NCBI GenBank assembly: GCA_963793265.1
Contig: CAWBZI010000004.1
Location: 320,001-384,000 of the forward strand
Reading direction: 5' to 3'
Origin: an uncultured cyanobacterium
GTDB lineage: Bacteria; Cyanobacteriota; Cyanobacteriia; Phormidesmidales; Phormidesmidaceae
Length of the DNA stretch: 64,000 nt
In this document: positions 29,792-40,383 of the stretch, in pieces
How the letters are laid out: the number at the start of each line of letters is the position of its first letter
Position numbering within the stretch: the stretch's first letter is position 1
Program-made: the position numbers and the translations under genes
Notes under the pieces: generated by a model
Seen by the model: the letters and a program-made list of their open reading frames with translations, nothing else
Databases searched by the model: none
What the model was told of the DNA's origin: nothing

Positions 29792-31618
29792 ATGTTCGGA
29801 AAACAGCCCACCAAGCGACTCTTTTTGCTCGCTATTGCTATGCTTGCCGCCGCTAGCGTATTTGTCATGCAGTTGAACAATCTACCGAATCGCAGCGCTA
29901 ATAACAATACCGTTTCTGACACTAGCGCAACCAAAGGATCGCTCCCCTTGCTCAGCGATCCTTTTCTACAGCTCCCGACCGACTCGTCCGTGCAGGTCGT
30001 TTGGTTTACAGAGTTTGAGGGGGCTGAGCATGTTGTGGAATACGGGGAGGGGCAAACGGCGACGGCGACCACGACTCAGCTTAGCCGGGTTCGAGAAGAC
30101 AGCGATTCTCGGGTACAGGGCCGCGCTTTCCCAGAGGTGACGCGGCGTGAAATTTGGCGGCATGAGGCCACTGTAACAGGGCTATCGCCTGGCTTTCATC
30201 TGCCTTACAAGGTCGTAAGTCGCGATGCTGCTGGGCAAACGGCGGTGAGTAACGAATTTACCCTAGCGCCTAACCCGCCCCAAGACAGGCCGCTGAAGAT
30301 ATTGCTCACGTCTGACCATCAGCTTAAGCCGATGTCGCCTGCTAATTTGCAGAAGGTGGCTGAAACGGTGGGGCGAGTAGATGCGGTGTTTTTTGCAGGC
30401 GATCTGGTCAACGTGCCGGATCGCGCTTCCGAATGGTTTGACGATGCTAGAGGACTGGCATTTTTCCCTGGCTTGCAGGGCCGGGCCAACCATGCTTTTG
30501 ACTCAGGCGGGGTGACAACGACCTACGATGGCGGCGAACTGATTCAACACGCGCCGCTGTTTCCAGTCATCGGAAATCATGAGGTAATGGGCCGGTATGC
30601 GGCTAATGCAAAGCTCGATCCGCAGTTTGTTAATACCTTGCCTCGTGACTTGGTGAGTAAATTTTATTCGGCTCCTGATGGCGTTTCGTCAAAAGATTGG
30701 ATCAAGGATCATTCTTACAACACCGATACTTACGAAGAGATATTTTCGTTACCAACAACACAGTTGCCGAATGGAGAGACAACAGAACAGTACTATGCGA
30801 CAACATTTGGTAGCGTGCGGCTAGTGAGCTTGTATGTCACTCAGATTTGGCGATCGCCCGACTTATCTCCAAACACCAAAGGCCGCTACCGTGAGAGCGC
30901 CGCAGACATCAACAGTCCTGAAGCATGGGGCTACGGTCAGCATATTTTTGAAGATATTCGCGAAGGCAGCGCTCAGTATGAGTGGCTAAAACAAGAGCTT
31001 TCCAGCAACGAATTCCAAAGCGCTCCCTACAAAATCGTCATGCTGCACCACCCGCTTCACACGCTTGGCGGCAACATTGTTCCTGCCTTTACCGATCCGG
31101 TTGCAGTGGAGAACAGAGCTGAAGACGGTACTTTGCAATCGGTGCAGTATGAGTATCCTAAAGAGAAAGACTATTTAATCAATGACTTAATGCCTTTGCT
31201 GGAGTCTGCTAACGTACAGCTTGTTTTTTATGGTCATTCTCATCTGTGGAATCGGTTTGTAACGCCTAGCGGTGTGCATCTGTTAGAGACTTCTAATGTG
31301 GGTAATAGCTATGGCGCACACATAGCGGGTAATCCTCGTGATGTGCCAGAGGAAGGGGAGGCGATCGCGGCTGGTCTAACCCCCTTTAAAGAAACCTACA
31401 GCGCCACAGAAGACCCCAACGGTTTAAGCCCGATCGTTCCGACACTCGCGCCTTCGACTGATGAGAGCGGCAACCCGCAGCCTTATATTGCCAGCAATGA
31501 GATTACGAGCTTTACGATTCTCGATACGGGAAGCGGTATGGTGAGTAGCTATTATTTTGATACGCGATTGCCTGCTTCTGCCGTCGTAAAATTCGACGAA
31601 TTCAGCATTCTTCAGTAG
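29792..31618 (+). CDS. Secreted metallophosphoesterase (purple acid phosphatase-like, FN3 N-domain)
   Basis: N-terminal TM; SDHQ, GDLV, GNHE, HHP, GHSH motifs. Confidence 0.85.
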   Translation: MFGKQPTKRLFLLAIAMLAAASVFVMQLNNLPNRSANNNTVSDTSATKGSLPLLSDPFLQLPTDSSVQVVWFTEFEGAEHVVEYGEGQTATATTTQLSRVREDSDSRVQGRAFPEVTRREIWRHEATVTGLSPGFHLPYKVVSRDAAGQTAVSNEFTLAPNPPQDRPLKILLTSDHQLKPMSPANLQKVAETVGRVDAVFFAGDLVNVPDRASEWFDDARGLAFFPGLQGRANHAFDSGGVTTTYDGGELIQHAPLFPVIGNHEVMGRYAANAKLDPQFVNTLPRDLVSKFYSAPDGVSSKDWIKDHSYNTDTYEEIFSLPTTQLPNGETTEQYYATTFGSVRLVSLYVTQIWRSPDLSPNTKGRYRESAADINSPEAWGYGQHIFEDIREGSAQYEWLKQELSSNEFQSAPYKIVMLHHPLHTLGGNIVPAFTDPVAVENRAEDGTLQSVQYEYPKEKDYLINDLMPLLESANVQLVFYGHSHLWNRFVTPSGVHLLETSNVGNSYGAHIAGNPRDVPEEGEAIAAGLTPFKETYSATEDPNGLSPIVPTLAPSTDESGNPQPYIASNEITSFTILDTGSGMVSSYYFDTRLPASAVVKFDEFSILQ

Positions 31619-31763
31619 TGAAACAAATTTCAGTTTTTTGGAGTCTGCGCAGGCATAGCAGACACAAAGCTATAGCTCAGACGCTAGAATTTCTTGAGGG
31701 TGATTGATCGTACCAATAGTATGAGCCAATTGCCTTTAACACCTGAAAATTGAAACGGTTACG

Positions 31764-32099
31764 ATGAAGTTCTTCTTAAAGCCTGCGTCAATTGCTTGTT
31801 TGGTTCTAACGCTATTGTTGAGCTTTTTGCTGAGGCCAGCTGTGGCTTCTTCACTGATAGATTCTCGGGTGAATCAGTTGGAGTTTCAGGTGCGATCACT
31901 TCAAACCCAAGTCTCCCAAATCCAATCTCGCTCTCCAAACCCCGGTATCAGTAGCAACCGCCCTGCCCCTACCGAGATTCCCGCCGTTCCTGGCGATCTT
32001 TCGCCAGCTCAACAGTTTGACAATCTAGCAATATTAGTTATTGAGCTAAAGCAGCAGGTGAATGCGCTTGAAGCAAAGGTTGCAGAGCTATTGCCGTAA
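31764..32099 (+). CDS. Hypothetical secreted coiled-coil protein
   Basis: Signal peptide; SRVNQLE and FDNLAILVIELKQ coiled coils. Confidence 0.7.
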   Translation: MKFFLKPASIACLVLTLLLSFLLRPAVASSLIDSRVNQLEFQVRSLQTQVSQIQSRSPNPGISSNRPAPTEIPAVPGDLSPAQQFDNLAILVIELKQQVNALEAKVAELLP

Positions 32100-32120
32100 G
32101 GATTGCTGTCACGGCGGTTT

Positions 32121-33119
32121 TTAGTGACGGTTAGAGGCCACAGATTCTTCTTTCTTAGTACCCTCTGGAGATGGCCGGAAGGCGTATTCTTTGCGGCTAC
32201 CGCGGCTGTGGTACTTGTGAATGAGGGCGATCGCTACTCTATCCAACGGCGAACAAAGCGCGTAGTAGTCTTGAATCAGCGCTTCGTACTCAGGCTCTAT
32301 CTCGTGATCTGCTTGGCTGGTGAGTGATTCGTAGGCGCAAAGGCCACGGGCAAATAGCCGATTGGCGTAGAGAGTCACCTCGGGCAGACGGGTTTTGAGG
32401 AGGTAGGCGGTGACGAGCTGGCGCTCTAAAAGGAAGGGGCGATCGCGGCGAAGGGTGGCCGCGTTGCTGCCGTGAATGCCCTGAATGGTGAGGGTATCGG
32501 TGAGGAAGTAGCCAGGCGAGAGGGCCATTGCCGCAGAGCGTAAGTAGCGATCGGCAGAGGTCTTAATAAAGGTTTCGGGCATGGGCAGAATTTGCGCGAG
32601 TAGGGAGCGCTGAAAGCATAGCCCAGAGGTGGACATGGGGTAGAACGGGAGCCTGCCCCAGCGCATAGCCTGCCGGAAGTCGCAGGGCGTCGAAGCGTCG
32701 CTGTCGGCTTTAGGGAAGGCGCGAGTTTTGCCTAAGTCTTTGCCAGTGTGGGTGTCTTTTAGCTGTAGGGCATGGAAGCACCAGCCTGCTTCGGGTGCTT
32801 GGCTAAAGCAGTCGGCTATTTTTTGTAGTTTGTCAGGGGTGAATTCGTCGTCGGCGTCTAAAAAGCAGATAATCTCACCTTTACTCTGCTCAAAGCCTGC
32901 GTTGAAAGCAGCATCTTGTCCACCATTCTCTTTTAAAACAGGTACTATCTCATCTTTATAACGTTGGATAATCTTTCTAGATTGATCTGTTGATCCATCG
33001 TCTACGACAATGACTTCTACGCTACGGTAAGTTTGATTGAGGACGCTATTGATAGCGGTACTCAGAAAACGACCATAGTTGTAGTTGTTGATGAGAACGC
33101 TGATTAGAGGAGGTTGCAT
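32121..33119 (-). CDS. Glycosyltransferase family 2
   Basis: ISVLINNYNY, VVDDGSTD, FLDADD. Confidence 0.92.
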   Translation of the reverse strand: MQPPLISVLINNYNYGRFLSTAINSVLNQTYRSVEVIVVDDGSTDQSRKIIQRYKDEIVPVLKENGGQDAAFNAGFEQSKGEIICFLDADDEFTPDKLQKIADCFSQAPEAGWCFHALQLKDTHTGKDLGKTRAFPKADSDASTPCDFRQAMRWGRLPFYPMSTSGLCFQRSLLAQILPMPETFIKTSADRYLRSAAMALSPGYFLTDTLTIQGIHGSNAATLRRDRPFLLERQLVTAYLLKTRLPEVTLYANRLFARGLCAYESLTSQADHEIEPEYEALIQDYYALCSPLDRVAIALIHKYHSRGSRKEYAFRPSPEGTKKEESVASNRH

Positions 33120-33296
33120 GTATAAGGACTGTCGGTAAATGAAATGATTTTATTGGATTTTCTATCGGTTGAGTACAGGTACAGGCAAACGTGAATAGAT
33201 GCATGGGTGAAGCATATATCTAGAAATGTTGATGTAGAATCCGTAATTTTGATGAATGTCTAGTAAGTACTTTTTAGATTTCTACGGATCAGACCA

Positions 33297-34007
33297 CTAC
33301 ATATTAAGTCGCAGTGGCTCGGCTGGAAGATAGGCTGCGCGCGCAAGCTGAATGGCCACTTCTATAAAATAAGCTAGCCAGGCAAAGATAGCTATAAACT
33401 TCGCTCCGTCTTCTATCCAATTAGCGTTATATGAACTAAGTGGGGATACATCAATAGCTATTGATGTAAAGAAGAGAAGTATGCTGAGCACAAATAGCAA
33501 AGGCTGAGTTGAGAGCATCAGCTGTCGAAAATAGACGACAATCGCGACTAGAGCAATTACGTACGCTAAGAAGACTAAATTCTCAGAGATATAGAGCTTT
33601 TCGGGAAATAGCCATTCGTGTAGCATGAACAAATCGTCTAGGCACAGCACCGTGTTGAACAGGTCAAATACTGCCAAAAACCTTATGTGCTCTATTCTAG
33701 CGGATAGATGCTTGAGTAAGTATGCGCTAAATAGGCAAACGGCGGCACTGGCGCTCCAGAACAAAACGCCAATGTTGGAGAGTGCGCCGTAGTAAATGGG
33801 ATGAATGGCGATCGCAGCCGGATCTCGGTTGAGGTTGTCAAGCGAGACAAAGGGCTGCAATCGCAGTGATAAGAGCACTATCGCCCAAAACACGCAGCCA
33901 ATACCGACTATGGCTCGATAGGACAGTCTGCGACCAGATGGGTTTGGATTAGACGGTTTATTGTTAACAGGTTCATGCTCAGACGGTCTGAAAGTGGGCT
34001 GTGACAA
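33297..34007 (-). CDS. Hypothetical polytopic membrane protein
   Basis: About 7 hydrophobic segments; LDDLFMLHE and IEDGAKF motifs. Confidence 0.7.
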   Translation of the reverse strand: MSQPTFRPSEHEPVNNKPSNPNPSGRRLSYRAIVGIGCVFWAIVLLSLRLQPFVSLDNLNRDPAAIAIHPIYYGALSNIGVLFWSASAAVCLFSAYLLKHLSARIEHIRFLAVFDLFNTVLCLDDLFMLHEWLFPEKLYISENLVFLAYVIALVAIVVYFRQLMLSTQPLLFVLSILLFFTSIAIDVSPLSSYNANWIEDGAKFIAIFAWLAYFIEVAIQLARAAYLPAEPLRLNM

Positions 34008-34097
34008 TGCTTGGTTAAGACTCTATTAAGGTGTTATTAAGAGCATAAAGGATTGCGATGGCACCGTGGTTTCGACTAGCTTGGATTAATCGGTATT

Positions 34098-37000
34098 TTA
34101 TTGTGCGATCGCAACCACTTTACTAAAGCCCGCAATCGTCAGCACCCCTCCACCTGTAAGCGTTTGAGTGGTAATAGTGAGCTGTTCTTCACCTGTAATC
34201 GTGGCCCAGGGATCGCCTGTATAGATAGTAACTTCCCAAGTCTCTCCTTCGGGTAATATGAGTGTTTCAGTCGTCTCGTCAGCGTTCGTTGCCGAAATAC
34301 TCTTTGTACCGTTTGCTCTGCTACTCTCTCTTTCATTTCCTTCGTGATTCTCTACCTGCCAGGCAATGAAAGCACTGCCGCTTTGGAGTAGCGTGGCTGT
34401 CCCTTCGTCGAAGATATCAGCCGATTTTCCTAGCAATAAGCCCATTGCAGTTGGCTGGTAGGCTTCGCTAGCGTCAGTTTTGAAAGGCCGATCGGCACTG
34501 CCGCGCTGCTGACCGTCTATTTGCAGACCATTTTCGTCAGTTAGCCCCTGCCACTGAGCATTACCTGTAAGCAAATGGGCAGTAGACACCGCCGTGCGTT
34601 CATCCTTTAAGAATTCCTGAGTGTGCAGGTCAATCATCAGCGCTTGCAGCCAGCTACCGCCGAGGATAACCACAGCGTCTTCAATAATGTTGTGCTCTGT
34701 GATCCATAGCTCTTTGTCTTTAAGTTCTGACGTATGAAGGGCGGGATCTGCTAAAGTCTCACGCAGTATTTCAATGCCTGCTCTGGCGATTTCTCCTGCT
34801 CTGGTGCGATCGCCAACATCGCTTTTAGTCACACCTAAATCCTCTGTGGAGTAGTAAGGGTGAAGGGTAAAGGCATCTACAACATCTACCGCGCTGAGAT
34901 TGTCGGGGCCGGTTTTGGCGAGCAGGGCGGGCCACCATTCAGTGCCACGCTGTTCAGGTACGTGAATAGGAGAAACGCCTGTGACGGCGATAGTTGCGTC
35001 TTCTAATCCGGGGACTTTGCGAATCGCGATCGCCCATTCTTTAGCCTGTGCGGCATAGTCAGCCGCCGTTGGGGTGCCGCCAACTTGAGGCGCTTCGCCG
35101 CCAAAGTCAGGCCGCACGTAGTTTTGAATGCCAAAGTATAGCTCGTTGCCTAGCTCAATGCGATCGACGGTGAACCCGAGCGCTAGTGCTTCTGTGAGGT
35201 GGCGAATTTCTTTATCGAGGGTGGATGTGTTCATGTTTACCACCCAGATAGGTTCAGCGCCGCTTTCGGTGAAGAGTGGTTTTAAATTGCTGAGAGAGGC
35301 GGTGGTGCCGTATTCGTAGTTGAGCGCTAGGGGCAGAGACTCGGGAAGAAAGTAGGGATATGTCCAGGTTGGGCGAAAGTCGCCCGCTTCGTTGCGCCAC
35401 TGCACGACGCCGCCTAAGTCCCAGTCCCAGTAGTTCGCGGTGTCGCCGCCGGGGATGCGGAGGGTCTGGGCGTTGATGCCTCTGACGGCTTGAGCGAGCG
35501 CTTGTACTTGGGTGCGATCGCCCCAGTCGCTAATTTCAACGGCGTTGGCGTTGTAGCCGCTGTAGTTGTCAGGAACGATGCGAGAGAAGGCGTCGGCATA
35601 GATGGAATAAACATCCGGCTCGCCGTCGAGCACTGTGGGTAAGACGGTGGGCGGAACTTCTGTTGAGCCGTCAAGCTTAATTTCGATAATGCCTCGGAAC
35701 TGGCTATAGGCGTGTTCGTCGTCCCACTGTTTGCTGCTGCCAAAGTTGATGACGCCAAAGTCTTGAGTGCCCTGCCAGTCGTTAGGCTCGTTAGGTGCCC
35801 AGTTAGTGTAGGTGAGAGCCTCGCCACTGGCCCATGTGAAAGTGCCTTCTTGCTGGCGATCGCTCAAGCCCATCCAATATCTTTGTTCTTCACCGAAAGC
35901 TTCTTGAAGCCACCGATCTTCTGCCGCGTCGTTGATAGTGACCAAGTTGCCGCCAAGCTGTTGCGCTTCTGCCTGTGCAGCTTCCCAAGTGAGAGCGTCA
36001 TCAGTGAGAACGTATTGACTACCGTTGTACTGAAGCGGATCTTCAGTAGGCGTGGCGGGTTCTTCGACTGGCGTTGGTGTCTGAGGCGGTTCTGGTGTCG
36101 GCGTTGAGGGGGCTTCTACTTCTTCTGGGATAATAGGCGGTTCACTAGGATTGTTGTCTCCTACCTTAATTTCAACAACGCCCTGTAGCGTGGTGTAGCT
36201 GTGTTCGTCGTCCCACTGCCTGCTGCTGCCGAAGTTGATCAGGCCGAAGTCTTGAGTGCCCTGCCAGTCGTTAGGCTCATTGGGGGCCCAGTTAGTATAG
36301 GTGAGGGCTTCGCCGCTGGCCCATTTGAATACGCCTTCTTGTTCGCGATCGCTCAGATCCCATCCAAAACTTTTGGTTCTCTCCAAAGGTTTCCTGAAGC
36401 CACCTATCCTCTGCGGCATCGTTAATAGTGACAAGGTTGCCGCCAAGCTGTTGTGCTTTGGTTTGTGCAGCCTCCCAGGTCAGCGATTCATCCAGGAGTA
36501 GATATTGACTACCGTTATAGACGATGGCATTCTCTAGCGTGGGCGACGGGTTGCTATCTTCTGCGGTTAGTTGGTTAAGCTCAAGCTCGATAATGCCTTG
36601 CAGCATTGTGTAGGCATGTTGGTCATCCCATTGAATAGCGCCGCCGAAGTTGATCAGGCCAAAGTCTTGATCGCCCTGCCAGTCGTTAGGTTCGCCTGCT
36701 GCCCAGTTGGTGTAGGTGAGCGCTTCGCCGCTAGCCCATTGAAACGTGCCTTCTTGTAGGCGATCGCTCAGCCCCATCCAAAAGCCCTGATCTCGACCGA
36801 ACGTTTCAGCCAGCCAGGCATCTTCAGCAGCATCGGTGATAGTGACTAAATTGCCGCCGAGCTGTTCGGCTTCAGCCTGTGCGTCTTCCCAGGTTTTGAT
36901 GCCGTTGGTGAGTAGATAGGCTTTGCCGTTGTAGGTGATAGGGGTGCCGTAGTCAGTGAGAATGTCTCGCGTGGTTTGGGCGGTTGAAGCGGGTGCTTGT

Positions 37001-37194
37001 GGGGCGATCGCGCTTGCTTCTATCTCTGCAACCAAACTATCAACAATTGAATCTGAGTCGATTGAAAAGAGTTGATTCTGTTGATAGTTCGAGAGATTTT
37101 CTATAGCATCTGTAGAAGCGAAATCGACAATCGAATTTGAAAGATCTAGATTACCGCCCTCAGTGAGTTGAGGGTCAAGCGCGTTAGAAAACAT
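34098..37194 (-). pseudogene. Three C-type lectin domains plus clan GH-A glycoside hydrolase, split by a 1-nt insertion at about 36357 (pseudogene or sequence error)
   Basis: Three W(M/I)GLSD...WASGE...YTNW...EPND...WDD repeats; LRIPGG, ELGNE, WITEHN; ORFs 36292-37194 and 34098-36446 join if one base is removed. Confidence 0.8.
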
Positions 37195-37750
37195 AAGTCT
37201 TGCGAGTTAGTAGTAGTTACTAAAACCGCAAGCAGCAAAACCTGTAGCCGCAATCAGCGCTGCTGTATGGACTACACGACTAGGAAATAAGAAAGTGTTA
37301 GCTGCTTGCTGGAGTGTTTTGTTGCTAAGAATCAGGCGCTCAGACAAGCTGCCGCTGACGGTTGTAAGGGCTAGATGCTAGAGAAAAGTCGTTAAGAGGA
37401 CTTCAACTATTGGATAGATGCGTCTTATGCCAACATTATGCTGCGTTCACAATTGAGCGACACTGTTGTTTATACCTTTATATTTACGCTGATCGAATAA
37501 GTGAATACGCCTATGCCGTATTCTTTGAACACGTAATACTACTCATCTTGCGGTTCGTTTTATGTCCCTACCCCTGTATGAGTAGGCTTTAAGCGTAAGC
37601 TAGTTGGCTTAGAAACGTGCTGTGTGTTCTCCCTGAGATGAAGTAATTTCGAATGTAAAGCAAATTTTTTACTGACATAAGCCTGGCTTAAGTCACTGTA
37701 ATGCCAGCCAAAGGTATGATAGCTTCCCTAAAACATTATGATTAGAGCAT

Positions 37751-38203
37751 ATGAATAGTGAAAAAATCCAGATCTTGCTGGCGGTATATACCACGACGCA
37801 AGAGAACGTCAAAGATATGAGGTCTAGAGTTATCAGTATCTCTAGTACGGCCATTACCTTTTTTACCGTATTTGTTGGATGGATTGTTCAAAAGCAGTCT
37901 AAGCCATCTTTCCAAGAAACTCTCTTATTCATATTTGTTGTTTTTGTTTTTTGGTTGTGTAACTTGAGGATTCTACTCGACATTAGGAAAGGTTTTGTCA
38001 ACACTATGAATATCTTGTTGAGAGTAGAAAAGTCCCTCAGACTTTATGAGCCCAACCACTTCAATGCCGATAACGAACCATTGCTTCCAATCAGCTATCA
38101 GAAGCCGAAGACAGGAAAGCACTTTAAGATGTTTGAACTCACACTTTCAATATCTGCAGTGGCAGCCAGCCTCATTTTGATTCTGAAATACGTCTTAGGT
38201 TAG
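37751..38203 (+). CDS. Hypothetical AT-rich membrane protein (about 3 TM)
   Basis: 150-aa ORF with hydrophobic segments; no HIP1 site seen. Confidence 0.65.
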   Translation: MNSEKIQILLAVYTTTQENVKDMRSRVISISSTAITFFTVFVGWIVQKQSKPSFQETLLFIFVVFVFWLCNLRILLDIRKGFVNTMNILLRVEKSLRLYEPNHFNADNEPLLPISYQKPKTGKHFKMFELTLSISAVAASLILILKYVLG

Positions 38204-38276
38204 CGACCTAACCATCCCATAAGTAGATCGCACCATCCTCCAACGTGAATTGAGTTTATCAAAACTAACTTAGGCT

Positions 38277-38789
38277 TTATCCCTTTATAACCAACGGTAG
38301 CAAGTGCTTCATATAATCTCGCTTCCCTATGGGTACTCCAACCATCCGAAGAATGTCGTAAGCCGTGACCATGTGGAAGTAAAAGTTTGAAATGAGAAAT
38401 TCGTTCACGTATTCACTGCCAAGCAGCTCAACGTAGAGACTTTCGCCTAAATCAATGCGTTTAACCTCGGTTAGCTTTTCATCTCCAGCTTTGATGTCCG
38501 AAAGAAGCTTATTAGTGTTTGCTATGTGTTCATGCGCCTGTGCAAGCGATGTAACCTCTGGATCTAGATTACTTGCCTGTTTTTCATTACACCAAAGGGC
38601 AAAGTTATGGGGTTGATTGCAAGTGAAAGCAACCTGTGTACCGAAGGGAAGCATGTCTGTTGCGATGCGCTCTTGAAGGAATGACTCGTCATTGCCAAAA
38701 TGAGTTTGCGCTGACTTCAAGAGATGCTCAAGAGTAAGTAAGCGGCTGTGGAAAAGGGATTGGATTGAGTCTATATTCTGGTTTTGCAT
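38277..38789 (-). CDS. DUF1993 family protein
   Basis: RIATDMLPF..QV, NFYFHMVTAYDILR..GVPIGKRDY. Confidence 0.88.
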   Translation of the reverse strand: MQNQNIDSIQSLFHSRLLTLEHLLKSAQTHFGNDESFLQERIATDMLPFGTQVAFTCNQPHNFALWCNEKQASNLDPEVTSLAQAHEHIANTNKLLSDIKAGDEKLTEVKRIDLGESLYVELLGSEYVNEFLISNFYFHMVTAYDILRMVGVPIGKRDYMKHLLPLVIKG

Positions 38790-38822
38790 TTTGTACTTCC
38801 TTGATGCTCAACGACGTGCTGT

Positions 38823-40103
38823 TTAATTTCGGGCGGCTACACTTTCGGCTGCTTTTCTGCGAGCAGAGGTGGTTGAGAAGAGAGAGAAGTAGATGGCTTG
38901 CGTTAGTGTTTTGAGGGGGAAGAGGAGATAGGTGAGGGGGTTGATGGTGACGATGATGTTGCGGATGTCGCGTTTGGCGAGAAAGAGAATGCCGCGTGCG
39001 ATCGCCTCTCCACTCATCACCCCAACCGGGTTCAAATTACTCTTAAAAGGCCCCAACACCAGCTTACGAATCACACATGGCGCATCAGTGCGGCGCAGGT
39101 TAATCAAGTCACCAATGAGCCGCTTGGAGATTTCATAAAGTGGGCTAAAAGCCGGGTTCACCTCAGCTTCAGAGGTATTCACCCACACTTCTTTAGTGGC
39201 GCGTCCCGTACGATTGTTCACGGTTTCTAAAAAAGTCTCCATCATGCGCCAGGCAGATAGCGCATTGACTTCGAGAGATTGTTCTATCGCGCGAGGAGAC
39301 TTTTCACCCATGACGTTGATGCCGTGGTTGATGATGAGAATGTCGATCTTTTGAAAGGCGTCGCGGAGGTCGGCTTCTTGCCCGGCTTGCCAGGCGATGA
39401 CTTTGGTCGCACCGGGAATTTCGGCGGCTGAGGTGCTAAGGGCAATTGGTTTTGTACCCTGCTTAGCGAGTTCTGTGATCAGGGCGCGGCCTAAGGTGCC
39501 TGAAGCGCCTGTGACGGCGACGGTTTTACCTTTAAGGGAGAGGGCAGTGCCTAGAATCTGATCGCTGATGGGGAAGAGGCCTGCGTAGTAGGCGTTGGTG
39601 TCGTCGAAGTGGTGACGCCAGTGGTAGGAGCGGTTTACTTTCCAGTGGCCGGGCGTAGTGGTGAGGGGGCCGGGCTCGTGGGTGAGGTCGGTGGCACTGA
39701 GGAGTCCGCGCGATCGCATAACAGCGGCAGCTAAAAACCCAGCGGCATACAAAACGCCCATCCACAGGCCGGGCGTATGCGTGAGGGTAGCAGCAAGCGC
39801 CATGACCACCATCATAAAAATAGATTCGGGCGCATCGTTATAGATCTGAGCTTTGCGATACACCTCTGTACTAATGGGGGAGAAGTCCTTTTTGTAGGCG
39901 CGGTGGTGCCAGCTATGGAGGCGCTGAAGGGGAGCCCACTGGTGGCTAAGAAAATGGTAGAAGTCGCGTACCATTTCGACGATCAGAATGGCGGCGATCG
40001 CCCAGAGGATCTGAGTGAAGTGCTGCGAAATCCAGCTGCCAGAATTTGATAGCGCGGTGGCTACCGAAAGTGCTAAGACCGGAAGTGCCAAAAGAGCCGT
40101 CAT
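38823..40103 (-). CDS. Bifunctional sterol-desaturase-like / short-chain dehydrogenase
   Basis: His boxes YHFLSH, HSWHH, HWRHH; TGASGTLG; YEISK; start uncertain (ORF open to 40175). Confidence 0.87.
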   Translation of the reverse strand: MTALLALPVLALSVATALSNSGSWISQHFTQILWAIAAILIVEMVRDFYHFLSHQWAPLQRLHSWHHRAYKKDFSPISTEVYRKAQIYNDAPESIFMMVVMALAATLTHTPGLWMGVLYAAGFLAAAVMRSRGLLSATDLTHEPGPLTTTPGHWKVNRSYHWRHHFDDTNAYYAGLFPISDQILGTALSLKGKTVAVTGASGTLGRALITELAKQGTKPIALSTSAAEIPGATKVIAWQAGQEADLRDAFQKIDILIINHGINVMGEKSPRAIEQSLEVNALSAWRMMETFLETVNNRTGRATKEVWVNTSEAEVNPAFSPLYEISKRLIGDLINLRRTDAPCVIRKLVLGPFKSNLNPVGVMSGEAIARGILFLAKRDIRNIIVTINPLTYLLFPLKTLTQAIYFSLFSTTSARRKAAESVAARN

Positions 40104-40383
40104 CAAAACATCACCCGCAAAAAGTTCAAAGTTCTTAATTTCCCTTAAAAGTAATGGTAAACCGCTGACGCTCAAACGTCTTGAATTGTATAGCTATTCA
40201 TCGCTATGACTGACCAATAAGCGGTTTGTCACACAGAAGATTGCCCGTCGCTTGAGAATCCGGGTATTCTTTGTATCAAGTAATCTTGCTAGATTGCGCA
40301 GAGCTTGCGTAAGTCTTTCTGCTTTTTTGGAGAGTCTCATAAAGACCCTGCGCACCAGCAATATAAAAGGACTGTGTAAAATC

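Noticed and set aside
35700..36900. Long near-identical DNA repeats that could look like a CRISPR array or mobile element
   Set aside because: They are the three coding C-type lectin domains; there is no repeat-spacer periodicity and no cas gene.
37195..37750. Long intergenic region as a riboswitch or ncRNA; ORF 37410-37592
   Set aside because: No recognisable riboswitch consensus or terminator; the ORF has a TTG start and no features.
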